A DNA stretch of 64,000 bases from Blastocatellia bacterium (GCA_963737945.1 CAVTUR010000010.1:66709-130708); one strand, 5' to 3'. Positions 8,431 to 19,046 are shown, numbered from the stretch's first letter. Numbers and translations are program-made. Notes: generated by a model from the sequence alone, not told the origin.

Positions 8431-9846
8431 CTAGTTCAGCTGAAACTCCGGCAGGCACATGATCTGGTGAACAAGCCCGCGGACTTTCTTATCGACCGTT
8501 GCATCATCCTTTACGTAGGTCACAGGCTGCCCGTTGTCACCGGTTTCCAGATAGGTGCGCAACGTTCCGAGGGCCTCGCCAACGACCAGCGGTCCCAGCC
8601 TCGCAAGGAACCTCTTAGCCGTCTTCTTGGCGGCCGGTTTTGTGATGCTGCTGAGTTGATCGGTGGTGACGAAGATGCCCGGATTGGTCGTGTTGCGATT
8701 GCTGAGGAGAGCATTCGCGAAGTTAAATCGCTCAAGCATGCTCGCGGTGTTGACCCACGCGAGGTTGGGGTCCCAGCCGGCTACATCCGGCGGAGCAAAC
8801 AGATCCTGCCCCATGTTCCGTGACAATTGCGACAGGATGTTTGATCCCCTTGCGTTGGTGCCCTGATTGTAGGTGCCACCGAGCATGCGAATCGCGCCGA
8901 CAACCAGCTCGGCCGGCTGCTTTACCAGGGAGAAGAAAGCTCGTTCGCTGAAGAACTCGTCGGAGGTGAAAATAGCGCGGACAAGTTCCCTTACCGAATG
9001 ATTGTTTTTCAGGTAGACCTTTGAGAAATTGTCAATTGTGGCCTTGTCAGCGCTGCTGTTGGTGACCGGATATACAAAGAAGTTGAATAGTTTCCAGGTG
9101 AGATACCGAGCGGTCGCAGGACGCGCGCAGATAATCGTGATCACGTCCTCACCGGAGAGGTTGCCGGTCTGTGCCCACGGTGTGCCTGGATAGATCGACT
9201 TGGTACCGTTGTCGTGCTGATTTGCAATAAGCTGGAAGGGAAACGGCTGCCGCCTTTGGTAGTTCCAACCAGTAAATGCTCGCGCGACCTCCTTCACATC
9301 GTCCTCGGTGTAGTTCTGCTCGTCGGTGACGACATCCTTGATTCCCATCGTGAACAACTCTTGAAGCTCACGACCAAAATTCTCGTTGGCTTTGCCAAGG
9401 ACGTTCGTTATGTTGTCGAGCCAGATGAGCATCGCGGCGTCTTGCGAAACCTTCAGCAGCAAATCATCAAACCGGTCCAATGAACGCTGTCGAAGGAGCT
9501 GGTTCTGGAAATACATGAAGAAGTCCTGCACCTTCGAGCTGGATGTCGCGAAGTGGTTGTGCCAGAACAGGGTCATCTTCTCCTCGAACTGACGCCTGCT
9601 TCTCACCATGCGGGTGAACCACCACCGGCGAATTTCACCGTTGGTAATCCCGTCCTGGGTCGAGAAATCGAAGCTGGTGGCGAGCAAGGCCTCCATAGCC
9701 GAGTTGTCAATCTGGGTGTAATTGATCAGATAATCGACGGCGCCTTCGCGCCCGCGCGCAGCGAGGTCATCGATGTCCTCGGGGCTGCCCCCGAAACCCG
9801 CTCGCCTGAGCAAGTGAGCACCTTCTTCGTAGCTTAGGCTCGCCAT
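8431..9846 (-). CDS. DUF1800 family protein
   Basis: N-terminus EEGAHLLRRAGFGGSPEDI and conserved blocks (MTLFWHNHFATS, RELQELFTMGI). It is a paralog of 11990-13450. Confidence 0.8.
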   Translation of the reverse strand: MASLSYEEGAHLLRRAGFGGSPEDIDDLAARGREGAVDYLINYTQIDNSAMEALLATSFDFSTQDGITNGEIRRWWFTRMVRSRRQFEEKMTLFWHNHFATSSSKVQDFFMYFQNQLLRQRSLDRFDDLLLKVSQDAAMLIWLDNITNVLGKANENFGRELQELFTMGIKDVVTDEQNYTEDDVKEVARAFTGWNYQRRQPFPFQLIANQHDNGTKSIYPGTPWAQTGNLSGEDVITIICARPATARYLTWKLFNFFVYPVTNSSADKATIDNFSKVYLKNNHSVRELVRAIFTSDEFFSERAFFSLVKQPAELVVGAIRMLGGTYNQGTNARGSNILSQLSRNMGQDLFAPPDVAGWDPNLAWVNTASMLERFNFANALLSNRNTTNPGIFVTTDQLSSITKPAAKKTAKRFLARLGPLVVGEALGTLRTYLETGDNGQPVTYVKDDATVDKKVRGLVHQIMCLPEFQLN

Positions 9847-10104
9847 TTAGTTCTCTCCTCCTTGAGTTAGCTGACGGTCACGAGGGCCGCCAGCAGCCAC
9901 ATCCCTATGCGTTTTGTGTGGCGATGTTCTAAAGCTCAGCGTCCGCAAAACGTGCGTTCGGGGGAAGATCGTTTTTCTCAGCCGCCTGATCTCGCCGTAG
10001 CAAAAAGGGGATTGAGCTTCAATCCCGCCTGTTCAGACTGATGGGTGCAGCCAAAAGTTTGAAAATCTGACTGGTTTCTCGAACTCTACCACTGGTTGAA
10101 GACT

Positions 10105-10614
10105 CTACCCCCTCAGGGAACGCTCCCATTCCGCCCGTGTGGCGAACGCCTGGGGCGAAATCGCCCGCTGGACAGCCAGTATTCCGTCAAGATGATCGAT
10201 CTCGTGTTGAAGCAGCTCGGACAAGTCGCCTTCGGCTTCGACGGTCTGTTTCGAGCCTCGCTCATCGTGGTACTCAACCCTAACCCGGGCGGCTCGCGAA
10301 ACGCGCACCAGCAGATCGGGAAAACTAAAACAGTCGTCCCACAATTCCATCCTTCTCTCGCTCGACCATGCGATCTCCGGATTGATGAGCGGACCGCAGA
10401 ACCCCGCTGGCTGCATCCGGATAAAGATCACCCGTTCGAGCACCCCAATCTGTGGCGCTGCGATTCCTCTGCCATACCCGGTCGACTCGTGAAACTCCGC
10501 CAGCGTCGCGTTCAGATCGCGCACCAAGTCTCGTGTCTGATGGGACCCAACGTCTGCCACTGCAGATTTTTGCCAGAGCACCGGATTGCCTAGTTGTAGA
10601 ATCTCTCTGGGCAT
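10105..10614 (-). CDS. def: peptide deformylase
   Basis: Motifs GIAAPQIG and HEIDHLDG are present. The protein is 169 aa. Confidence 0.85.
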   Translation of the reverse strand: MPREILQLGNPVLWQKSAVADVGSHQTRDLVRDLNATLAEFHESTGYGRGIAAPQIGVLERVIFIRMQPAGFCGPLINPEIAWSSERRMELWDDCFSFPDLLVRVSRAARVRVEYHDERGSKQTVEAEGDLSELLQHEIDHLDGILAVQRAISPQAFATRAEWERSLRG

Positions 10615-10683
10615 GATTGTGACTGGTTACTATCTTGTCCTTGTTGACCAGCTAAGAGAACCATGCGGCGAGGTCATTATACC

Positions 10684-11979
10684 TCAACCCAGAAACCCTA
10701 TGTTCGAATACTGAGCGCCGAGTATCTCCCTCGAGTCAGTCGCAAGCCAGCGGTCCAGAATTGTCGCGTATGCTTCCCGAAAATCCACCTTGAACTTTAC
10801 ATTGCCGGCCGGATCGAGCTCGGTAGCCGCAAGCGAAGGCTGCTCGCCGTAGAGCCCACCACGAACAGGGTTGCCCACGACTAGTATGGGTGCCGCAGTG
10901 CCGTGATCTGTCCCGAACGAGGCGTTCTCGCCCGGTCGCCTACCGAACTCGGACCATTGCATGACAACCACATCGTCAGCCAGGCCGTGCTCCGTCATGT
11001 CTTCGTAAAACAGATTGACCGCTTCGGAGAACCACTTCAGCAAGTTCGCGTGATCTCCAACCTGCTTGTTGCTCCGATCGGCTTGTCTATCCCCAATCTG
11101 ATCCGAGTGATTGTCGAAACCACCCATCTGAACGTAGAGCAACGATGCTTCGGGCACGGTTGATATCAACTGGGCTACCATCTGAAGCCCCGTGGCAAGC
11201 GGATTGTTTGCCGGATAGGAAATCGACGACGTGTAGCTGGCAACCGATCTCTGGACCTGCTGTGCGCCTCTGACGGATTCGAACGCAACGCTGTTGATCG
11301 CTCCGATGAAGTCGGCGGTGGACATACTTCGGGTGGCCGCGAAGTTGAAGGTATTTATCTGATTGTTGAAGTCTCCCGGGTAAGCCGGATCGGTAAGGAA
11401 ATTGTAAAGCCCGAAATTGATGATGTTGGGGACCACGAATCTGTCGGCCCCGAGACTCTTCGGCAAATCAATGCTTCCAATCGATGCCGCCGTCAGGTTC
11501 GACTGGCCGATCAGCGCTAGATCCGCGTACTTGCCAAGCCAGCCTCGGCTCCCCGAACCGTTGGCATTAGCGGTGTGCCAAATGTCCATCGACAGGAAGT
11601 GGGAGAGAGTCGGGTTGGGGTAACCAACACCAAGCACGACCGCAACCCGGCCCGCATCATAGAGCTGCTTGATCTCGCCCATCGAGGGATGAAGTCCGAA
11701 CTGATCTGAGATGATGGTCGAGAGGCCATCTTTGGTCCTGAGTTCGGTGTCCCTGAAGGCGAGCGTTGGCCTGAGGGTGTAATAACGTGCGTCGGTGTAC
11801 GGCACAACCATGTTGAGCCCATCGTTCCCGCCAATCAGTTGTATCACTACGAGCTTGCGCGTTGGGCTGAACTCCGGCTGTTCGCCTCGCGCTTCAGAAA
11901 GCCAGAACCTTGGGAGCACCATGCCGACCGTCACCATTCCGGCACCGCGCTTGATGAACTGTCTTCTCGTTACCGGCAT
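10684..11979 (-). CDS. DUF1501 family protein with a Tat signal (paralog 2)
   Basis: TRRQFIKRGAG Tat motif. About 60% identical by eye to 7086-8420. Confidence 0.8.
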   Translation of the reverse strand: MPVTRRQFIKRGAGMVTVGMVLPRFWLSEARGEQPEFSPTRKLVVIQLIGGNDGLNMVVPYTDARYYTLRPTLAFRDTELRTKDGLSTIISDQFGLHPSMGEIKQLYDAGRVAVVLGVGYPNPTLSHFLSMDIWHTANANGSGSRGWLGKYADLALIGQSNLTAASIGSIDLPKSLGADRFVVPNIINFGLYNFLTDPAYPGDFNNQINTFNFAATRSMSTADFIGAINSVAFESVRGAQQVQRSVASYTSSISYPANNPLATGLQMVAQLISTVPEASLLYVQMGGFDNHSDQIGDRQADRSNKQVGDHANLLKWFSEAVNLFYEDMTEHGLADDVVVMQWSEFGRRPGENASFGTDHGTAAPILVVGNPVRGGLYGEQPSLAATELDPAGNVKFKVDFREAYATILDRWLATDSREILGAQYSNIGFLG

Positions 11980-11989
11980 CGTATCCCTT

Positions 11990-13450
11990 CTAGTTCAGCT
12001 GAAACTCGGACAGGCACATGATCAGATGAATCAACCCGCGTACTTTCTTATCCACGTTCACATCGTCCAGCGCAAAACCGATCGGGTTACCCTGATCGTC
12101 GCTTTCAAGATAGGTTCGAAGCGCAAAGAACATCTCACTATCGACTTCGAGCGGGCCGAGTGTTGATAACAGTCTCCTTACGGTTTTCTTCGATTTCTTC
12201 TTCGCAAAAGATCTCAATTGGTCGTGCGACAACCACAGCCCGGGCGCGGTCAGATCACGCGGGCGGTTGACCACCAGCAGATCCGCATAGGTGAATCGGT
12301 TGAGCAGCGTGGACGTATTGATCCACCCCAGGTTGAGCTTCCAGCCGGATACGTCCGGTGGATTGAACAGGTCCTGACCCAGAAATATCGAAATCGCAGC
12401 GAGAGTGTTGTCCGAGGCCCCCTCTCGCGCGGATGTGCCCGGATTGTATCTGGCTCCGAGCATACGTATGGCGCCGACGATGATCTCGACCGGTGACTTC
12501 ACAAGCGCAAACCGCGCGCGCTGACTGAAGAACTCATCGGACGCGAATATGGCGCGGACCAGCTTTCTGATCGAATGGTTTCTGGTGATGTAGACATCGG
12601 CGAACTTCTCGATGGTTGCCTTATCAGCGTCGCTGGCGTCCAACGGGTAAACAAAGAACTCGAAGAGCTTCTTTACCAGGTAACGAGCGGTTGCGCGGCG
12701 CGCGCTAATGATCGCGATCACATCACCGCCGTCAAGGTTTCCAGTGTGCGCCCACTGGGTGCCGCCATATATGGTCTTGATGGTGTTGTCGTGCTCGGAA
12801 TCGACCAGGACAAACTGGTAGCTGTAAGGATTCGGATCGAACCGCGGGTGAAAGAACTTCCATCCGGTGAATGCCCGCGCGACCTCTTTCACATCTCCCT
12901 CTGTGTAGTTTGGTTCGCCGGTCACGACGTCGTTGATCCCCATTGTGAACAGTTCCTGCAACTCCCTGGCAAAGTTTTCGTTGGGGTTGCCGCGGATGTT
13001 GGTGACGCCGTCGAGCCAGAGGAGCATAGCTGGATCCTGTGAGACGGCTAAGAGCAGATCGTCGAACCGGTCGAGCGCGCGACCGCGTAGCAGGACGTTT
13101 TGATTATAGATGAACAGATCGCCGGTCTTTGATGCGGAGGTTGCGAAGTGGTTATGCCAGAAAAGCGTCATCTTCTCTTCGAATGGACGACGCGTATAGG
13201 TCATCCTGGTAAACCACCATCGCTGAAGTTCACCTCGATTGAATCTGGGAAAGTCATCCGGATTCGAGAAATCAAAACTGGTCTGCAGCAGATCCTCCAT
13301 CGGACTATTGTCGATCTTTTCATAATCGATGAGGAAGTCGACCGCACCCTCCCGCCCTAAGGAAGTAATCCCTTCTATATCGTCGGGACTTCCGCCAAAT
13401 CCCATACGCCGAAGAAGATGAGCGCCTTCATCGTATGTGATACCGGCCAT
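11990..13450 (-). CDS. DUF1800 family protein (paralog 2)
   Basis: DEGAHLLRRMGFGGSPDDIEG, MTLFWHNHFATS. There is a 10-nt gap to the downstream DUF1501 gene. Confidence 0.8.
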   Translation of the reverse strand: MAGITYDEGAHLLRRMGFGGSPDDIEGITSLGREGAVDFLIDYEKIDNSPMEDLLQTSFDFSNPDDFPRFNRGELQRWWFTRMTYTRRPFEEKMTLFWHNHFATSASKTGDLFIYNQNVLLRGRALDRFDDLLLAVSQDPAMLLWLDGVTNIRGNPNENFARELQELFTMGINDVVTGEPNYTEGDVKEVARAFTGWKFFHPRFDPNPYSYQFVLVDSEHDNTIKTIYGGTQWAHTGNLDGGDVIAIISARRATARYLVKKLFEFFVYPLDASDADKATIEKFADVYITRNHSIRKLVRAIFASDEFFSQRARFALVKSPVEIIVGAIRMLGARYNPGTSAREGASDNTLAAISIFLGQDLFNPPDVSGWKLNLGWINTSTLLNRFTYADLLVVNRPRDLTAPGLWLSHDQLRSFAKKKSKKTVRRLLSTLGPLEVDSEMFFALRTYLESDDQGNPIGFALDDVNVDKKVRGLIHLIMCLSEFQLN

Positions 13451-13775
13451 CCGCCTAATCTCCTGGTTGTCTCGATCCCCGGCTGGGTGATCAGCCAGCG
13501 ACCGAACTGTGGGTGTCGGTCTGCTTCTGCTCTGCTGCCAATACTCCCATTAGTCGATTAACAAGCAACCTTCATATGACGTACGACGACAGCAGGCTCC
13601 AAATTGTACCGCAGCGGCGATGTATATCAACACAATTCCAAGCTCGATTTGATGCTCAAAAACCTTGGCCAGGGCGCACCAGACTGTTGAACAGAAACCC
13701 ACTGGTAGTGTATTCTGTCGGGCTAGAGTTCAGGTGACGCAGCAGCCCTGACTTCGCGAAAGGAGAAAAAGGCCT

Positions 13776-14090
13776 ATGAGCGCTGTGAGTGCATGTGCAC
13801 CAGCGGGTGATCGGACCGAGAGTCGGAACTTCTTGAGAGCCCGCTGTGAAATGAATGGAAGCGGCCGTGACTGCCGGATAGTTAACTTGACCGCCGATGG
13901 GGTGTTTGTCGAGAGCTATGTTCCCGAGATCACGGGATCAAGAATCACTATGAGTTTTCGTCTGCCCAACGGACACCATGTCTGTACGGCGGGCGTTGTG
14001 AGCGATCACAGATTTCAGATCGGCTTTAGTGTCGAATTCGTGAATCTTGGCCCCGGTGACCGTGACCAGATCAACAGCATAGTGGGGTGA
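13776..14090 (+). CDS. PilZ domain protein (putative c-di-GMP binding)
   Basis: An RxxxR-like motif (RNFLR) followed by NLTADGVFV (D/NxSxxG-like). About 100 aa. The ribosome-binding site (RBS) is aaaggag. Confidence 0.5.
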   Translation: MSAVSACAPAGDRTESRNFLRARCEMNGSGRDCRIVNLTADGVFVESYVPEITGSRITMSFRLPNGHHVCTAGVVSDHRFQIGFSVEFVNLGPGDRDQINSIVG

Positions 14091-14207
14091 TGCTCACAGG
14101 TTCGCAGTTCCGAGCGCTAAGCTAATTCCGCGAACAGTTTGTATCTCCAACAAGTAAGGGGTGGCACTGAGGCCACCCCTTAACGTTTGGCTTTCTGAAA
14201 AATCGGC

Positions 14208-15935
14208 TTACTTCTTGGTGTCTGCAGAGGTTATCTGCACGTTGTTGCTCATTAGCGTCATCCCGGTGACTCTTTGCAGATCCGCCAGGGCTTTGTTGTA
14301 GTCCGTTAGCGCGCGCACCGCGGTTCCACGAGCGACAGACAAATCGGTGAGCCGCTGGAGCACGACGAAGTTGGTTGACAGACCGGCCCGATACCTCTCC
14401 TGCTCACCGTTGTATTGAGCGTCTGCCGCCATCTCGCCCGCTTTCGCCGCTTCGTAGCGCTGCTTTGAGGCTACGACTGCTTGCAGCGCGTTGCGAACAT
14501 CAACCTGAACCAACTCTACGAGTTGACGCTGCCTGGCATCGAGTTGTCTCTGCTCCGCGAGTGAGCGCCCGAGGTTTGCTTTTGCTGTGCGATTGCTCCA
14601 GGGAAAGCTGAGCCTCACTCCAACCTGATACGTGCGAAAATCCTGGCCAAACAGGTTGTTCAGCGACTGGAAGTAACCTCCTTGAAACCGTGAGAGGACG
14701 TTTGACCCGGTACCACCGATGACCACAGCATTCTGCGGCGCCCCGGCCAGTCCGGTGTTAGTATAGGTGCCAATGAAGTCCAACTGGGGTTTGAGCTGGT
14801 TGTTGTAGTACTTGATGTCGATGTCTTTCTGTTCGGCCAGAAGTCTCATTTGGTCTAGCTCCGGCCGGTTCTTAAGCGCCAACCGCGTTGATTCCTCGAG
14901 GTTGAACGCGACGTCCGCGTTCACTGGTTTATCGACGGGGCTTATTTCTGAGTACCACATCTTGTCATCGGGATCCTTCATCAGCAGGATCTTCAGACTG
15001 TTCTCCGCGGTGGTGATACCCTGCAGCGCCACGATCACATTTCCTTTTGCCGTTTCAAGCTGAGCCTCGGTTGAGCGCAGTTCGATCGGCGCCAGCGTTC
15101 CAGCGTCCACCATCTTCCGATTGTTTTCAAGCTGCGTGCGCGCAAGGTCGACGGAATCGCGCGCGATCTTTTCATTCATGATCGCATACACCAAATCCCA
15201 GTATGCCCTCTGAACCTGGTTTATGATCTCGATGACTCGCTGCCGAAACTGGCTATCCGAAAGATCGAGAGACTTCTTTGCCAGCTGAATGCTGCGGCGA
15301 GTCGTGTCCAGTGAGAAGTTGCGAAGCAACGGTTGTGTGTACGTAAAGGTAAGCGTGGTGTTGTACTGGGGGTTCAACGAGGCAAAAATGTTGCTTGTTA
15401 TCGCCCTTGTGTTATCAAATTCGGCAAGCAGGTTTCCACCGGTTTGCTCAAACTGCTTGCTCGTGGTGAAGTTGTAATACAGCGACTTGTTGCTCAGCGT
15501 CCCGCTGTTTCCGCCGCTCAGCGACGATGAGGTCGGGTTGATCGAACTGCGAAATCCAACGTCAGCAGCCGAGGAATAGTCGTAAAAGCCACGGAGCGAA
15601 AACAGACTAAATTCTGCTATGCGCACGCTCTGACGGAATTGTTCGATATCGAGGTTGTTCTGTAGAGCCTGCGCGATCGCATCCTGAAGCGCCAGCGATT
15701 GAACTTCACCCGGTCTAATGCCGACGCGCTCTCTGGTAACCTCAGGAGAACCCGCAATCGGCTGGGTGATCGAATTCTGTGCGGGCGTATTCTGCTGACC
15801 AGTCGCCTGCTGCAGCGCAACGACCCCGTCCTGCGACAGCACCGCAATCGGAGACAACGCCGCCAGCAGAGCCGTCAACGCTGCGACCGCAACCATTCGG
15901 CTCGATTCTTGAAGCCTTCTTAGTAGTGAACTCAT
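14208..15935 (-). CDS. TolC-family outer membrane efflux channel
   Basis: Signal peptide, then two tandem repeats of the TolC-type coiled-coil/beta-barrel pattern. Start chosen at ATG 15935, which has a GAGGAAG RBS. A longer ORF runs to 15989. Confidence 0.75.
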   Translation of the reverse strand: MSSLLRRLQESSRMVAVAALTALLAALSPIAVLSQDGVVALQQATGQQNTPAQNSITQPIAGSPEVTRERVGIRPGEVQSLALQDAIAQALQNNLDIEQFRQSVRIAEFSLFSLRGFYDYSSAADVGFRSSINPTSSSLSGGNSGTLSNKSLYYNFTTSKQFEQTGGNLLAEFDNTRAITSNIFASLNPQYNTTLTFTYTQPLLRNFSLDTTRRSIQLAKKSLDLSDSQFRQRVIEIINQVQRAYWDLVYAIMNEKIARDSVDLARTQLENNRKMVDAGTLAPIELRSTEAQLETAKGNVIVALQGITTAENSLKILLMKDPDDKMWYSEISPVDKPVNADVAFNLEESTRLALKNRPELDQMRLLAEQKDIDIKYYNNQLKPQLDFIGTYTNTGLAGAPQNAVVIGGTGSNVLSRFQGGYFQSLNNLFGQDFRTYQVGVRLSFPWSNRTAKANLGRSLAEQRQLDARQRQLVELVQVDVRNALQAVVASKQRYEAAKAGEMAADAQYNGEQERYRAGLSTNFVVLQRLTDLSVARGTAVRALTDYNKALADLQRVTGMTLMSNNVQITSADTKK

Positions 15936-16438
15936 AATTCTTCCTCTCAAAGCAAAGTGCAGACACCTGCTACCGAAACTCAAATCCACGCTTACACATT
16001 TAGGATGACAATTTCGTGTCTGATTCAGTCAACTCCCTGATACGACATCTCGGAGGCCACCGTTTCAATAAAGTCCGATCTATAAGGGTGCAACCACTTA
16101 TCCAGCTCCGGCAAAACACAAGACTAGAGTTTACACGCCGCTAGCAGAATTACAAACGCCGCCCGCACATCCACTGTTAACATCACATCTCGTCGCATTT
16201 TGAGCACGAACGCTTTCAAAGAGCCAGATGCGTGCCACGCGACCTCGAGTGGCTTAAGTCGATCAATGGTCTAGCTTGAGAGAAGAAAGGGCGATCCTAC
16301 AGAAGGCATACCTGCCCATCTGTGGGATCGCCCTTTCCCAGAATCGAAGATAGCTGTCTAGCGGATGGAGGGCTGGACAAAATCGTTCCAGACTCAAACG
16401 CTAGACCCAGTTACCGCTCCAACCGCCGATTCACCTGC

Positions 16439-16797
16439 TCACTCAAGTACAATCGCTTCGCTCTTACCCTTGAACTCGATTCGCCTCACCAGGAAGGAAC
16501 CATCAGCGCCGGCGTCATAAGCAATCGCGTTGTTTCCCGCGGGTTGAGCCAACTTGGTCACCTTGTAGGAGGCCTTCAACACTTCCTTCTTCCCTTTTAG
16601 CAAAACCAGAGAGCCATCCTTACCCTCGACGAACTTGATGTTATATTCGCCCTTTGTCACTGCCTGTCCCGCCAGCTTGCTGTCGCGCGTTATTGTAACC
16701 GTGCGGCTCACTTCCTGGGCAGAAGCCGGTGAAGCAACCGCCAAACCCACCGCCATAGCAACTCCAACGACTAGAGAACCGATCAGCTTTTTCATTG
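16439..16797 (-). CDS. small secreted protein of unknown function
   Basis: Start MKKLIGSLVVGVAMAVGLAVASPASA with a GGAGGGAG RBS. A TetR-type palindrome lies in its promoter. A terminator-like hairpin (gggcgatcc...ggatcgccc, 16300-16345) lies downstream. Confidence 0.55.
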
Positions 16798-16859
16798 CCT
16801 TCTCCCTCCTCATCTTATGCCAGTTTACACCTTTCGCTTCATTAACGACTCTTAGTACG

Positions 16860-16875
16860 TTAACAGCGTTAAGCA
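16860..16875. promoter_or_regulatory. candidate TetR operator TTAACAGCGTTAAGCA (copy 1), in the promoter of the small secreted protein gene
   Basis: The same 16-mer with inverted symmetry TTAAC-N3-GTTAA occurs at 17535-17550, upstream of the adjacent TetR gene. Confidence 0.5.
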
Positions 16876-16891
16876 AAGTTCCAAAAAAATT

Positions 16892-17509
16892 TCAGGCCCG
16901 CAACCCTTTGATCAAAGTGTCAATCATCAGGTCAATTAGTTCAGTCTTTTTCACCCAGGGGAAGTTGGGCATGGAGATCAACAGCGAGGTGATCCCGTGA
17001 CCGCCGGCCCACATCATCTGGGTAACCGCTTCCACATCCGTAACGCAGAATTTCTTTGCTTTGATACACGCCTCGACGCCCGAACGCAGGTTTCCATAAG
17101 CCTTCATTCCCATCGACTCTTCCCGAAGATCCTTTTTCTCGTCGTGAGGATGTTGAGGGTGGTTGATAAACGTCAGCTTGTAATGATTTGGGTACTTGAG
17201 ACCAAAGTCGACGTAAGCGCGGCATCCTCTGCGCAAACACTCGATCGGATCATCGCCCTCCCTGGTGATGGCTTCCATGCGCTTCGCGAGCCTGGCAAAG
17301 GTCTCGTCGCAAATGGCGTAAAGCATAGCGGCCTTGTCTTCAAAATAGAGATAGATGGTAGTGGGCGAGTATTCGATCTTCTCGGCCACCCTGCGCATCG
17401 AGACGTTCTCGTAGCCCTCATTAACAAATAGTTCGCGCGCAGCGTCCAGGATGTCCTGCCGCAGCGCCTCCTTCTCACGCTCTCTTCTCTGCTTCGATCC
17501 CATGATCAC
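16892..17509 (-). CDS. TetR/AcrR family transcriptional regulator
   Basis: N-terminal HTH ...ILDAARELFVNEGYENVSMRRVAEKIEYSPTTIYLYFEDK. Confidence 0.85.
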   Translation of the reverse strand: MIMGSKQRREREKEALRQDILDAARELFVNEGYENVSMRRVAEKIEYSPTTIYLYFEDKAAMLYAICDETFARLAKRMEAITREGDDPIECLRRGCRAYVDFGLKYPNHYKLTFINHPQHPHDEKKDLREESMGMKAYGNLRSGVEACIKAKKFCVTDVEAVTQMMWAGGHGITSLLISMPNFPWVKKTELIDLMIDTLIKGLRA

Positions 17510-17534
17510 CAGTGATTTAACGATGTCCTCTCAC

Positions 17535-17550
17535 TTAACAGCGTTAAGCA
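17535..17550. promoter_or_regulatory. candidate TetR operator TTAACAGCGTTAAGCA (copy 2), in the divergent TetR / MBL-nuclease promoter region
   Basis: Identical 16-mer palindrome, 26 nt upstream of the TetR start. Confidence 0.5.
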
Positions 17551-17651
17551 TACTATGGATCGATTGCCTGTCAAGGAGTTTTTTTCAATCGGGCGTTGAC
17601 CAGGCAAGGTTGCTTGCCCGGTGTCATGTCATTTGTTAGTGTGAACGCACT

Positions 17652-19046
17652 ATGGCGACTCTTCAATTCTTAGGCGCGGCCGGGACCGTGACCGGTTCGA
17701 AGTATGTTCTCGAAGCCCGCGGCAGCCGGGCGATGATTGACTGCGGTCTCTTTCAGGGGCTCAAAGAACTCAGACTGCGCAACTGGGACAGCCTTCCGGT
17801 CAGTCCGCAGTCAATAACATGGCTGCTGCTCACCCACGCCCACATCGACCATTCGGGATACTTGCCCCGGCTCGTTCGCGAGGGCTTCAAGGGTCCGGTC
17901 TACGCCACCTCGGCAACCGCGGATCTGCTCAAGATATTGTTGCCGGACTCCGGAAGGTTGCAGGAAGACGATGCCGAATACGCAAATCGGAAAGGCTTTT
18001 CCAAGCACCATCCGGCGTTGCCTCTTTATACCGAACAGGACGCGTTCGAAGCGCTCAAACTGATTCATAAGGTTTCTTACGAAGAGAACATACCTCTGAA
18101 CAAACTCCTAAGCGCACGGTTCATACCCGCTGGGCACATACTCGGCTCCAGCTTTATCGAGATACAGATTGCCCAACCGAATAGCACGCCGGTCAAAGTA
18201 GTGTTCTCGGGAGACCTCGGTCGCTACAATGAACCGATCTTGAACGATCCTGCGCCGGAGAGCGAAGCCGACTATCTGCTGGTCGAATCGACCTACGGCA
18301 ACCGGCTCCACGATCAAACAAGTCCGAAAGACCGTCTTGCTGAAATAGTGAATGCGACGGCCGCGCGGGGCGGAAAGATCATCATACCGGCGTTCGCTGT
18401 TGGCCGGACGCAGCTGCTTGTTTACTACCTGCGTGAACTCGAAGATGAAGGCCGAATCCCGGTTCTTCCGGTTGCTGTGGATTCACCGATGGGAGTGGAG
18501 GCAACTCGGCTCTATTCGAAGCACCATGAGGATCACGATCTCGATATGCAGCGTGTACAGAACCTGCAAAAGAATCCCCTGGCGACTCGGAACTTTAGCC
18601 TGGTGCAGGGTCGCAGTGGATCAAAAGCCCTAAATGCCCAGAAGGGCTCGGCGATAATAATCTCGGCGTCCGGGATGGCTACCGGCGGCCGCGTCCTTCA
18701 TCATCTGGCGCAGTGGCTTCCCGACCCTGCGAGCTCAGTGATCTTCGCGGGTTACCAGGCCGCAGGAACACGCGGTCGGAGACTTCAGGATGGCGAGACA
18801 GAGGTAAGGATTTATGGCGAGACAATACCTGTCCGTGCCCACATTGAGAGCATCAGCAGCCTCTCCGCACACGCGGACGCCGGTGAGATAATGCGATGGC
18901 TTCGTGGCTTCAAGCGGCCCCCACGTAAGACTTTTGTCGTCCACGGTGAGCCTGATTCGGCAGCCGCGCTGCGCGATCGGATTATCCAGGAGCTTGGCTG
19001 GGATGTGGTGATTCCCACCTACAAGGAAGTCGTAGAGTTGAGTTAG
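17652..19046 (+). CDS. MBL-fold metallo-hydrolase of the beta-CASP (RNA-metabolising) family
   Basis: HAHIDHSGYLP motif, metallo-beta-lactamase core, then a beta-CASP/RMMBL C-terminus. Confidence 0.8.
   Translation: MATLQFLGAAGTVTGSKYVLEARGSRAMIDCGLFQGLKELRLRNWDSLPVSPQSITWLLLTHAHIDHSGYLPRLVREGFKGPVYATSATADLLKILLPDSGRLQEDDAEYANRKGFSKHHPALPLYTEQDAFEALKLIHKVSYEENIPLNKLLSARFIPAGHILGSSFIEIQIAQPNSTPVKVVFSGDLGRYNEPILNDPAPESEADYLLVESTYGNRLHDQTSPKDRLAEIVNATAARGGKIIIPAFAVGRTQLLVYYLRELEDEGRIPVLPVAVDSPMGVEATRLYSKHHEDHDLDMQRVQNLQKNPLATRNFSLVQGRSGSKALNAQKGSAIIISASGMATGGRVLHHLAQWLPDPASSVIFAGYQAAGTRGRRLQDGETEVRIYGETIPVRAHIESISSLSAHADAGEIMRWLRGFKRPPRKTFVVHGEPDSAAALRDRIIQELGWDVVIPTYKEVVELS

Noticed and set aside
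16040-16330. The ~450-bp non-coding gap between TolC and the small secreted gene, as a possible tRNA or ncRNA locus
   Set aside because: I saw no tRNA-like T-arm (GTTCRANYC) or cloverleaf pattern. Only a terminator-like hairpin at 16300-16345 stands out.
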